A program made the position numbers and the translations under genes. 64,000 nucleotides of DNA, taken from the NCBI GenBank assembly GCA_918797485.1, contig CAKKNE010000001.1, positions 4,216,001-4,280,000 on the forward strand, in the 5' to 3' direction. Within the stretch, counting starts at the first letter, position 1. Every line of letters starts with the position of its first letter. This document shows, piece by piece, positions 48,890-57,712 of the stretch. The notes beneath the pieces are model-generated. The model ran no database searches, was not told the DNA's origin, and saw only the letters and a program-made list of their open reading frames with translations. The stretch comes from Pelagomonas calceolata. Lineage: Eukaryota.

Positions 48890-49501
48890 ATGGACTCGTC
48901 CTCCAACGCCGCCAACGACGTCGAATCGATGAGTATAAAGGAGATGAAGGCGCTCATAACCAAAGCTGGACTGTCGCATACGGATTGCTTCGAGAAGAGC
49001 GACCTCCGACAACGCGCGCGCGAGGCGCTCGCAAAGACCGCGTCGGCGGAGACGCAACTCTCGGAGTCCGACGAGATCGAGGACAGCGAAAACGACGACG
49101 CGCCGCCGGCGAAGCGCGCCAAGGCGGACGATGCGAAGAAGCCGCATGTCTACGCGCTGCTGATCAGCACGGGCCAGACGAGCCTCGAGGACACGTCGAT
49201 CATCGGCCTCTACAAGACCTGGGCGGACGCGATCAAGAAGGCGAAGCACGTCTTAGCGTGGGGCGAGAGCGGCAAAGGGGGCGAGTTCTGGAACCCGGTG
49301 GAGAACGACGGCATGATCCCCCTCGGAGGGGACATCGACGACGAGTACGGCGAGAATCTCGAAGACTACAACGACAAGACGGATAAGTACCGGACCGAGC
49401 CGAAGAGAAGTACGGATGGGATCGAGGTCGCGTCGGCGACGAACGGCCAGGGCGATTATGGAAACATGTCGATGTGTATCCAGAAGGTCGCGCTGCCGTA
49501 G
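48890..49501 (+). CDS. Hypothetical protein with N-terminal SAP/HeH-like motif
   Basis: MSIKEMKALITKAGLSHTDCFEKSDLRQRA helix-loop-helix motif. Confidence 0.7.
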   Translation: MDSSSNAANDVESMSIKEMKALITKAGLSHTDCFEKSDLRQRAREALAKTASAETQLSESDEIEDSENDDAPPAKRAKADDAKKPHVYALLISTGQTSLEDTSIIGLYKTWADAIKKAKHVLAWGESGKGGEFWNPVENDGMIPLGGDIDDEYGENLEDYNDKTDKYRTEPKRSTDGIEVASATNGQGDYGNMSMCIQKVALP

Positions 49502-49582
49502 TAGACACTGCTGGAGGTGCCCTGTATTAAGTGATTCTTTGTGAACATCCTAGAGAAGACAAGTACCGGCACATTAGAGTAT

Positions 49583-50239
49583 CTAGCGGACGTTCACGGC
49601 CTCGACCTCGAGGACGAAGAAGTTCTCCGGATCCATCTTCGCGAGCTCGCGCTCGATCTGCCGCCGCGCCCCGTAATCTTCGGGTACGGGACCCGGGCTT
49701 GATTTGAGCGGCTGCGTATACGACAGGCGCGTCGGGACCACAATCCTCCGCACGCCGCCCTTTTTCATGCCGAGGACGGCCTCATCGAGGCCCGGCAGCG
49801 CCGCGTTCGAGCCAACGGTGAACAGGAACGGGTCGTTCGGGGCCGACATGCCGCTCAGCTTGAGGATGCCCGCGTCGGGGCCCGATGCCACTTGTCCAAA
49901 CGATGATGTAACGAAGTAGCCATTCGACCGCCTCAGCACCCATTGCAGCGAGACGCGCGACCCTGACGAAGCACCGGCACCGCTGCCTTCCTTGAGGTCG
50001 ATATAACGCACACCACTCTTCAATTTCTGCATCGCACCGACGGATTTGCCCGGCGCTGCAAGCTGTTCGACCTCGGCGAGCGCCGGCACGGCGATGGTAG
50101 CGGCCAACGCCGCCGCGGTGTCCATCACGGCGCGCCGAGAGAGCAGCGGTTGTGTGCGCATGGCTGAGGCCAGCGTTGCGCAAGTCAGGACCAGCGATGC
50201 GCGTGTAGCGCGTCTGTGCATTGTTGAACCGGAGAGCAT
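49583..50239 (-). CDS. Plastid (thylakoid lumen) FKBP-type peptidyl-prolyl isomerase
   Basis: Signal peptide + LSRRAV...ALA twin-arginine transit; SGVRYIDLKEGSG, GLDEAVLGMKKGGVRRIVVP..LSY. Confidence 0.9.
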   Translation of the reverse strand: MLSGSTMHRRATRASLVLTCATLASAMRTQPLLSRRAVMDTAAALAATIAVPALAEVEQLAAPGKSVGAMQKLKSGVRYIDLKEGSGAGASSGSRVSLQWVLRRSNGYFVTSSFGQVASGPDAGILKLSGMSAPNDPFLFTVGSNAALPGLDEAVLGMKKGGVRRIVVPTRLSYTQPLKSSPGPVPEDYGARRQIERELAKMDPENFFVLEVEAVNVR

Positions 50240-50417
50240 GCAAGCCTATACTGCCGTCACGTTGCCGCAGCGATCGCGTGCGTACTGTGGGTCCCAAGTA
50301 ATGGCCAGAACGTGTGCAAGCGCGCTAAACTAGCTACTCCTGGCACCGCTGCGCTTGAAAAACGCGATGACAAAAACCCGCGCACAACTGGAACAGCAGA
50401 ATCTGATGTACTTGTCT

Positions 50418-51569
50418 TCAAGAATTACCCCCCGGCGCCGGCGCCGGAAACGCGTATTGCCCGGAAGTGGGCGAGCCCATGGCCACCATCGGCATGACGA
50501 CCTGGCCGTTCGTCGGCGAGCCAGGGAAGCCGACGAACTGGCCGTTCGTGGGCGACCCGTTCTGGGGGGGTACCATGACGAACTGCGTGCCCGGCGGGAC
50601 CATGACCGCGCCGGGCGGCGGCCCCCGTCCGCCATACATGGACGGGTGGACGACGACACCGATCGGGACGCCGTTCGGGCCGAGTGCGATCTGCTGGCCC
50701 GGCGGCAGTAGTATCGGAGGGGCCATGGGTAAGGGTTTTGGTGGAGGCGGCGCCTTCTTGCGCGCGGCGGGCTTCTTCCTAGGTCTCGCGCTCTGCGCCG
50801 CCTCCTGCGCCTTCCGCGCCGTGTAGCCGGCGGGTCGCAGCACGGAGCGCGTCGTGTCGCCCGACGGTAATGTGGTACAAGCTAATGCTTGGAGTAAGCA
50901 CCTAGCGTGTTTTCGCTGGTGCTCGACGTCCGTCGGGATGGGCAGGACCTCGAAGTCATCATTCCTCCGTTTCAACGACGGCACTTCCCCATTTCTCGCA
51001 GCGGCTTCCAGGCGGCCCATTTGTCTTGCGCATTTCTGGATGAGGTCGGCGGACGTCCCGAGAGCGCTCACGACCGTACCCAGGCCGCTCTCAGCGTTCT
51101 CCTCCTCGGGCTCGTTGAGGTCCTTGGCCAGGCGCCGCATGTTCCGCCGCATCGTCGAGTACCAGTGGTTCTTGATGGCGTTGTCCGTGCGACCCGGCAG
51201 TAGTTTCGCGATCTCCGCCCACTTGTTGCCCAGGCGCTGCTGGGCCTCGTAGATCACGTTCTCCTCCTGCTCGGACCACGGTTCTCTTTTAATCCCCGGG
51301 TCCAAGTGGTTGAGCCACCGCGTCCGGCACTGCTTGCCAGATCTGAAACCAGGGACCTCCTTGTTGAGCTCCTGCGAGATGATGGCCCAGCGCTTCGTCC
51401 CGTGCTTGCCCACTAATCTCATAATCGCGTCGTCCTCCTTGCGGCTCCACGCTCTTCTTTGAGAGGCCTCGTGCGAGTAGCCCCTCCTCAGTTCGGCGCC
51501 CTCGGGCGCGGGGATCTGGCCGCCCCGGAACTCGTCCATCATCGTCGGCGGGGCGAGGGGCTGCGCCAT
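50418..51569 (-). CDS. R2R3-MYB transcription factor
   Basis: WSRKEDD...RWAIIS...[28 protein letters not shown]...[24 protein letters not shown]. Confidence 0.95.
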   Translation of the reverse strand: MAQPLAPPTMMDEFRGGQIPAPEGAELRRGYSHEASQRRAWSRKEDDAIMRLVGKHGTKRWAIISQELNKEVPGFRSGKQCRTRWLNHLDPGIKREPWSEQEENVIYEAQQRLGNKWAEIAKLLPGRTDNAIKNHWYSTMRRNMRRLAKDLNEPEEENAESGLGTVVSALGTSADLIQKCARQMGRLEAAARNGEVPSLKRRNDDFEVLPIPTDVEHQRKHARCLLQALACTTLPSGDTTRSVLRPAGYTARKAQEAAQSARPRKKPAARKKAPPPPKPLPMAPPILLPPGQQIALGPNGVPIGVVVHPSMYGGRGPPPGAVMVPPGTQFVMVPPQNGSPTNGQFVGFPGSPTNGQVVMPMVAMGSPTSGQYAFPAPAPGGNS

Positions 51570-52073
51570 GGTGCTCGCGCGCGTTGACGGCGTGCGTGCT
51601 GGGCTGCTTTCGGGGGGCAGCGTGGGCCAGCGGCGCGCGCGGCCTTCGCGGCTACTGGTGCTCTGTGGCAGCGACCGTCGAACCCGACGATGCCCGCGTT
51701 GAGTGTCGTTGACCGAGGCGTACGCGCCGGACGTTTAGCAAGAGCTCCTAATTTTTGTCTTGAAACCCCTCGGCGGTGTCGGCTGGAGAGCGAAGTTCCG
51801 AGAGCCGTCTCGCAGTGCTTTGGAGGCCTCGTTGACGGCTGGACCGCTCCACGTTGACAAAACCCGTTTTGTGCGTCGAGTCGAGGCTCTCCGACCTCGC
51901 AAAGCCGAAACACCGTCCGTGGTGCAGCACAGGTCGCAAGAAAGCAGCGGCAGTACCACGGCTACCGTACCAATCACCTGCCGTCGCAGATTTTGCCGGC
52001 GCGCTCGCAGCAGCCGCGACTTTCGGCCGGCTTTACGCGTGGCACTCTCTACGCGCGCGCATTAGCAGCAGCG

Positions 52074-53021
52074 ATGGCGCGACTCCTCGTAGCGCTCGCG
52101 CTAACAACGCTCAGCAATGCCCAGATAGGCATGGAGGGCATGGGCATGGGTTCTGGCCGCCGCCAAAGAGACAAGGAGCCGCTCGCCTTCAAAGCTGATT
52201 TGCCCTGCATCAAGTGCGACGTCTGCGAGATCGTGGCGAGCGAAGTCTACCGAGAGGTCGAGAAACAGCGAGATGCCGCGCCGATGACCGTCAAAAATAC
52301 GAAGCCGGGTGCCCCCAAAGTCCAGGTCTCGTCGTTCTCGGAGGCGGACGTTTCTGCTGTTCTAGAAGGCGTTTGTAATAGGCGGAAGGAGCCCGGCGAG
52401 TGGCTCTGGTACGTCGATTTAGTTGAGACAGCGAAGAGCGTCTTCGGGACGGGCGCGCCGTGGCGCGGTCTAACTAAAAAAGAAAAAGCTTCGGGCAAGA
52501 ACTACCTCCAGGTGTATCGAACGCAAAGAGGTGGTGATATCCGGAAGTGGGACCGCGAATCGGCAACTGTCAAGAGATCTTGTGATTTACTGTTGGACGA
52601 CGACGTCGGCGATTTGGAAGACATTGTGGTACCGCTCTGGCGTGGTTTAAAAGATGAAAAAGAATTCAAAAAGCTGCTGTGCCGAGAAACGACGTCGCGG
52701 TGCGGCAAGGAACGAAAAGCGGTCAAAGAAAGGGAAGACCTCGAATTCAACAGGCAGGAGAAGACTCTGTTGGATACGGAGCGCATGATGGAGAACATGA
52801 AGGACCAGGGCATGCCCATGGTCATGCAGTCGCGCGAGGACATGATGGAGGAGCTCTACGAGCAGATGGAGGCCGAAGGTCTATCGAGGGAGGAGGCCGA
52901 CGCCTTCATGGAGTCGGTCCAGGGCGGGTCTGCTGCCGAGGAGGAGAGCGTTGATGAGGCGTTTTCTGCCGGCACGCAGGAGCCGGACTACGACGAGGAC
53001 GAGGGCGAGGGGGAGCTCTAA
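52074..53021 (+). CDS. Secreted/ER saposin-like (Canopy/DUF3456-like) protein
   Basis: Signal peptide; CDVC...C...C...LC...C cysteine spacing; acidic tail ending GEL. Confidence 0.7.
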   Translation: MARLLVALALTTLSNAQIGMEGMGMGSGRRQRDKEPLAFKADLPCIKCDVCEIVASEVYREVEKQRDAAPMTVKNTKPGAPKVQVSSFSEADVSAVLEGVCNRRKEPGEWLWYVDLVETAKSVFGTGAPWRGLTKKEKASGKNYLQVYRTQRGGDIRKWDRESATVKRSCDLLLDDDVGDLEDIVVPLWRGLKDEKEFKKLLCRETTSRCGKERKAVKEREDLEFNRQEKTLLDTERMMENMKDQGMPMVMQSREDMMEELYEQMEAEGLSREEADAFMESVQGGSAAEEESVDEAFSAGTQEPDYDEDEGEGEL

Positions 53022-53124
53022 GTATTTAACACACATGACAGATGCCAGCGTGTGCCTTCTCAACAACGGCTCTAAGTTAGAGTTCTAAGTATTTAACAAA
53101 ACAGGTGCATGCCTTCTCAACAAC
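53017..53124. repeat. Short imperfect direct duplication between convergent genes
   Basis: TCTAAGTATTTAACA at 53017 and 53084; TGCCTTCTCAACAAC at 53053 and 53110. Confidence 0.8.
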
Positions 53125-53879
53125 CGGCGCCAGCCCTCGGCACCCTTCTCGGCGACGCACAAATTTAGCAGACCACCCGAGTAGGCGTCCCGGACGGCCG
53201 CCGTCGCAACGGCGCGCTCGGCGATCTCCAACGCCGCGGCGGCGTCCACCAACCCATCTAGATTCGCCTCGAGCGCCGGGTACGCGTAGACGCTACCGCT
53301 CCCGACGGCGAAGGCCGACCCCTTGAGCTCGTAGCCCTCGCCATCCACATAGTATAACGCGTCACTATCAAAGACCATCGTGCCAACGCCGTAGTCGTCG
53401 CCGCGCCGTCTTCGCAATAAAGACCCGAGCGTCCGCGCGGCTTGTGACGCTCTCAAAGGCGCACCGTTCTCGAGCTCGTGGAGCTTCGACAGGGCGCTCA
53501 GCAGCCTTAGCCAGCTCACGCAGTCCGCCGCCGAGCCGGCCATCGTGCCGAGCGTTTTCTTCGAGATGGGGATGATTTTTTCCGCTGAACTTCCGACGAA
53601 CGTGCCCAGCGACGCGCGGCTGTCGACGCAGCAGACCGTGCCGCCCTCGTACTGGAAGGCGACGGTCGTCGTGCCGTGAAAGCCTCTGGTGACGTCGTCT
53701 CCTAGCGAGGCTCTCGCCTGTGCCAGCTCGTGCGGCGGCACGTCGGCGACGTCATCCTTCATCGAGTCGAGCAAAGGGCTGTCGCGCTGGACGGCTCGTA
53801 ACTGCGCTACGAGCTCGAGGGGTGCGTCGCCGCTTGCCCGCGCGCACAGCAGCAGCAGCAGGGCGGCTGGGAGCCTCAT
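53085..53879 (-). CDS. Proteasome beta5-like Thr protease with N-terminal signal peptide
   Basis: HG|TTTVAF...VDSRAS.G...K...LGTMAGSAADC, AVGSGS.YAY, RDAYSGG; leader MRLPAALLLLLCARASG. Confidence 0.85.
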   Translation of the reverse strand: MRLPAALLLLLCARASGDAPLELVAQLRAVQRDSPLLDSMKDDVADVPPHELAQARASLGDDVTRGFHGTTTVAFQYEGGTVCCVDSRASLGTFVGSSAEKIIPISKKTLGTMAGSAADCVSWLRLLSALSKLHELENGAPLRASQAARTLGSLLRRRRGDDYGVGTMVFDSDALYYVDGEGYELKGSAFAVGSGSVYAYPALEANLDGLVDAAAALEIAERAVATAAVRDAYSGGLLNLCVAEKGAEGWRRLLRRHAPVLLNT

Positions 53880-54002
53880 GGATGCGATGCCGGGCGCCCG
53901 GCGACGAAAAACAACTGCCGTCGATGGTTGTGGTCCAGAGCGGTGTTTCTTCTCTCGCACGTAGATTGATCGATGCGATGCGCGCAAGCCGGGTTGTGCT
54001 TG

Positions 54003-54023
54003 CTAGTGTCCTTACAGCGCTAG
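54003..54023 (+). promoter_or_regulatory. Recurrent motif variant CTAGTGTCCTTACAGCGCTAG
   Basis: Matches the other intergenic copies. Confidence 0.55.
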
Positions 54024-54328
54024 CTCTTTGCGCCTCCGGAAGCTTATATTTCCAGGGGGCAGTTAGACGCGTAAAATAGTAGTCCGAAGAGAGGCTTAAA
54101 AATTAAAAGATCCATCATGGCCAAAAACTGCGATGTGTTCTTCTTGTGGGTCTGGCAGTGCTAAAACCGGACACAGATCGAATTGCTGCGCGTCGGTAAT
54201 AGCTAACGAGCGCGCCAGCCTGCTGCGGTACGCTGCTGCGCGCTTGAGCTGTGAAACCGCAGCATTTGTAAGTTCTAAACACTGGCTGTGCAGAACAACT
54301 GCGCATAGTGGTGCGACGCGAGAGCAAA

Positions 54329-57300
54329 ATGTGCGGGAACCTAGGCCTCTTGCTCGGCGAGGACTGCGCCTTCAGCGCGGAAGACGCCGCCGAGGCGATG
54401 ACGCGCGTGGTAGCCATGCGCGGTGCCCAGTCTTACGGCTTCTGGCGCGCGACGCCGTCTCAACTAAGCGTGCACCGCGCGGTGCTAAGGAAGAGGGCCG
54501 ACCTCGCAACAACACTAAGAAGCGCTCTGGCAAGGAAAGGCCGGTGTCAAAAGGACCAGCGGCCGTTAGTAGTGGGTGCCCACCTGCGCTTCGCCACCTC
54601 ATCAAGAAGCTTCGCCAAGGAGGCGCACCCCCACAGTTGGCTCGGACCCGTCCGGACGGAGGTCAATGGGATCAAGACGACGCGCATCGTGTTATGTACG
54701 CACAATGGCGACTTCGAAGCGTTAGACATCGGGAAGCTGTTCGGGGGCGACTCGAGACCCATGGCCCTCGACGAGCTGCGGAGGTGGCTTTCGGTACGAC
54801 TCGGGCGGCCGGCGCCCTGCGCGGCGGACTCGTGTGCGTTAGCGGGTTGTTTGGATTTGTTGTTTGCGGCGGGCGATGCGACGAGCGCCGCTCGCTTAGC
54901 GTTGGCTCGGTTAGATGATATTCGGGCCGGCGACGCGACGCTCCGAAGCACTTTGATAGATGGCCTCAAGGCTGGATTAGATGCAGACGCGCTGACGAAA
55001 TTACTGAAAGAGCGCTACCCGTCAAATATGGCGCCGCTATCAGCACCGGACGCGCAGCGTATTGCAAAGGACGCGCTCGCGGAGTTTCAGAAAGGCGACC
55101 TGCGGACGGCGGTCGTCCGCGTGCTCAAGAACGCGCACGGCGCTTTTGGGGTCGCGGCGCACGCGTCGGCGGCGCCCGGCGCCGTCGTGCTCGGGAGCGT
55201 GAAGCAGCCCATGATTGTGGGGATAGGGCGGGGCTTCGTCGCGTACGCCTCTGAACGGGCCGCGTTACACGTCGGCTGCGTCGGGAGCCACCTGGAAGCA
55301 AGGTACGTCCTCCGCGAGGGCGACGTCATCTCCGTCGTCAGTGGCACCGGGGACCACTGCGGCGCCGTCTTACAACGGGCCACGCTCGCCGACGGTTCCT
55401 TCTCGACATTAGAAGACTTTGACGGGGTCTCGGAGCTCATGGCGAGGCCTGTATCTCCTTCACAATTCGGCGGCGACGTCGTCGGCAAAGATCTAGCCGA
55501 TTTGCCGGCCGTATTACGAGCGATCACGCGTTCCTTCGAGGACGGCCCGAACAAGATGACGGCATCGGCCTTCTCCTCGAAATTGTTCGATGCGCAGCGG
55601 CGTGCGTCATCGCATTTAGATCTCGTCATCATTGGCGTCGAGTGCTCGCTCTGGGTCGCCGAGCAGTGGGCCGTGAATTTACGGGCGGCGTGCCCCTCAC
55701 TTAGAGTGGTCGTGGCCTCCTCCAATAAGGCCCTGGCGGCGCTCACCGCGTGCCACAACGCCATCACCTGCAACGGCGCGACGCCGTCGGAGACGGTCTT
55801 CCCGCCCGGCCTCAAAGCGTCCCAGGCGTGCCGGCACGCGCTGGCTTTAGCCGTGAGCCACAGCGGCCAGTCGTTCCCTACGTTACATGCGGCGCGGGCT
55901 TTGAAAGCTGCCGGCGCGGACGTCTTCTGCGTGGCCGGCCAGCTCGACGTCGTGATTGCGGACGACGTTATTGGCCAGCAGTTCGCGCCCGGTAGTCCTG
56001 TGACGGACCGCGTCTTCTCCACAAATGCCGGGATACGATTGGCCGAGGCGGCGTCGTTGACGACGGCGGCGACGCACCATTTACTGACTGAATTGTTAGT
56101 GCGCGTCGCGCGCGCGGCGCCAGCCCGGGACGTCGCGCTGTCGCGCCACGACTTGGACGAATTGGCGACGCTGGCGCGCACGTCCGTCGAGCGGGATTTG
56201 CCCAAGTTGTGCGGCGGCGCCCACGACGCGGCAGTCGTGGGGAGGGCGTGGGGCGACCACGCCGTCGAGCCCTTGATCGCCTTTACCGCGGCGTTGATAT
56301 ATATTCTGGTGACCGTGACGGCCGGTTTACCGATCGCCCACGCCATCGCCCAAGCCTGCGGCCTTTCGAAAGGATCGCCGTGGAACTACGTCATACTGTT
56401 CGCGGACGCTCTCTTATATACCTTCTTCACGGTCGTCTTCTCGTTACTCTTGAGATTAATACAAGGCAGAACATTACTCGCGCGCTTCGGCAAGCGCACT
56501 TGCTTAGTACTAGACGTGCCCATGGTGCACCAGTGCGCCGTGGCCTTCGCCCAGAAGCTGTTTGGACTGTCGTATGGCCTGAACGGCTGCGAGTTCGCGG
56601 GGGGCAATCCTGGTGATCATGCGGTCCACAAGTGCTTGCATCGCATCGTCCGAGGCACGCTCGTGGCCGTCGGCGTCCCGGACGGGCGGCTCAAAGCGTT
56701 GGTGGACGTCGAGTGCGCCACGTTCCTTACCGCTCTACAACTAAAATCCCTGTCGAACTGGGGCGTCGGCGCGGAAGTGTGTACTGTCGGTCATCACTCT
56801 TACACTCCCGACGTCGTAGATCGGGCCGTGATTTTTGATTTTGACCGGCCGAAGTTTCTCAGCGAGGTGCGGCACAACATGGGGTCGACGGTCGAGCCGG
56901 TGGCGCGGCGCATGTTGTACCTGGCCGAGCCGACGCCGAGTCCGCCGAACGTCCGCGGCAGGGTCGTCGGCGCCGTGTCGCACGGCTCCGAGCAGGACCT
57001 GGCCGGCGCGCTGGCGTCGCACGCGGTCGTCGAGGCGTTGTATGAAGGGAGAGTGGCTTCTCTCGAACGGCTGGTCGCGTTCTACGTGCTCTTCCACGCC
57101 ATGGCCGAGCGCGTCTCGCGCGTCTCGCGCTTCTTCTTCTATCTGCGCTTCGACACCTGGCGGTCGCAAGCCGGCACGCGCGTCGCCACGACGCCCTCGC
57201 CCACGTCTCCTGCCGCCGCCGTCAGCGTGGCGACGGGCCTCATGGACGACGTCCGCCGCGTCGAGTCGTCCGCCGCCTTCCGCGACTCGATGCATCGCTC

Positions 57301-57625
57301 GCGCTACGGCGGCTCCGTGCTCGACTTCAGCGGCCGCGGCAACCGCACGGCTCGCGACGTCATGGACCGGTCGTGGCGTCCCGGTCTCATGGACATGTCG
57401 CACCGGTCGCTGACGCTCAACGACGTGTCGGCCTACTCGAACCTGGGCCTGGACTTGAGCTCCTCGGGGCCCTCGGGCTACCGCTTCCGGCTCCCGCAAA
57501 GCTCCTCGGACCCGTCGCCGCCGCACCTCGCAGCGCAGCCGTCCGTCGTCCACGAGGACGGCTCACACCACACGCAGGACTCCAAGGAGTCGCCGGAAGA
57601 GCTTCGCCCGGCGCACGCGGCGTAG
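54329..57625 (+). CDS. Atypical GlmS/GFAT-like protein: Ntn glutamine amidotransferase + SIS domain + two TM helices
   Basis: M-CGNLG N-terminal Cys, HLRFATS, HPH, HNGD; SIS AVSHSGQSFPTL; hydrophobic LIAFTAALIYILVTV and YVILFADALLYTFFTVVFSLLL. Confidence 0.8.
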   Translation: MCGNLGLLLGEDCAFSAEDAAEAMTRVVAMRGAQSYGFWRATPSQLSVHRAVLRKRADLATTLRSALARKGRCQKDQRPLVVGAHLRFATSSRSFAKEAHPHSWLGPVRTEVNGIKTTRIVLCTHNGDFEALDIGKLFGGDSRPMALDELRRWLSVRLGRPAPCAADSCALAGCLDLLFAAGDATSAARLALARLDDIRAGDATLRSTLIDGLKAGLDADALTKLLKERYPSNMAPLSAPDAQRIAKDALAEFQKGDLRTAVVRVLKNAHGAFGVAAHASAAPGAVVLGSVKQPMIVGIGRGFVAYASERAALHVGCVGSHLEARYVLREGDVISVVSGTGDHCGAVLQRATLADGSFSTLEDFDGVSELMARPVSPSQFGGDVVGKDLADLPAVLRAITRSFEDGPNKMTASAFSSKLFDAQRRASSHLDLVIIGVECSLWVAEQWAVNLRAACPSLRVVVASSNKALAALTACHNAITCNGATPSETVFPPGLKASQACRHALALAVSHSGQSFPTLHAARALKAAGADVFCVAGQLDVVIADDVIGQQFAPGSPVTDRVFSTNAGIRLAEAASLTTAATHHLLTELLVRVARAAPARDVALSRHDLDELATLARTSVERDLPKLCGGAHDAAVVGRAWGDHAVEPLIAFTAALIYILVTVTAGLPIAHAIAQACGLSKGSPWNYVILFADALLYTFFTVVFSLLLRLIQGRTLLARFGKRTCLVLDVPMVHQCAVAFAQKLFGLSYGLNGCEFAGGNPGDHAVHKCLHRIVRGTLVAVGVPDGRLKALVDVECATFLTALQLKSLSNWGVGAEVCTVGHHSYTPDVVDRAVIFDFDRPKFLSEVRHNMGSTVEPVARRMLYLAEPTPSPPNVRGRVVGAVSHGSEQDLAGALASHAVVEALYEGRVASLERLVAFYVLFHAMAERVSRVSRFFFYLRFDTWRSQAGTRVATTPSPTSPAAAVSVATGLMDDVRRVESSAAFRDSMHRSRYGGSVLDFSGRGNRTARDVMDRSWRPGLMDMSHRSLTLNDVSAYSNLGLDLSSSGPSGYRFRLPQSSSDPSPPHLAAQPSVVHEDGSHHTQDSKESPEELRPAHAA

Positions 57626-57712
57626 GTCTTCCCCCCTGTATGCATGTAACATATCCCGTTGACGGTGTAGAAGTGCCGTATTTGGCCTCATGGGGGACCC
57701 TTCTTAGTCTGT

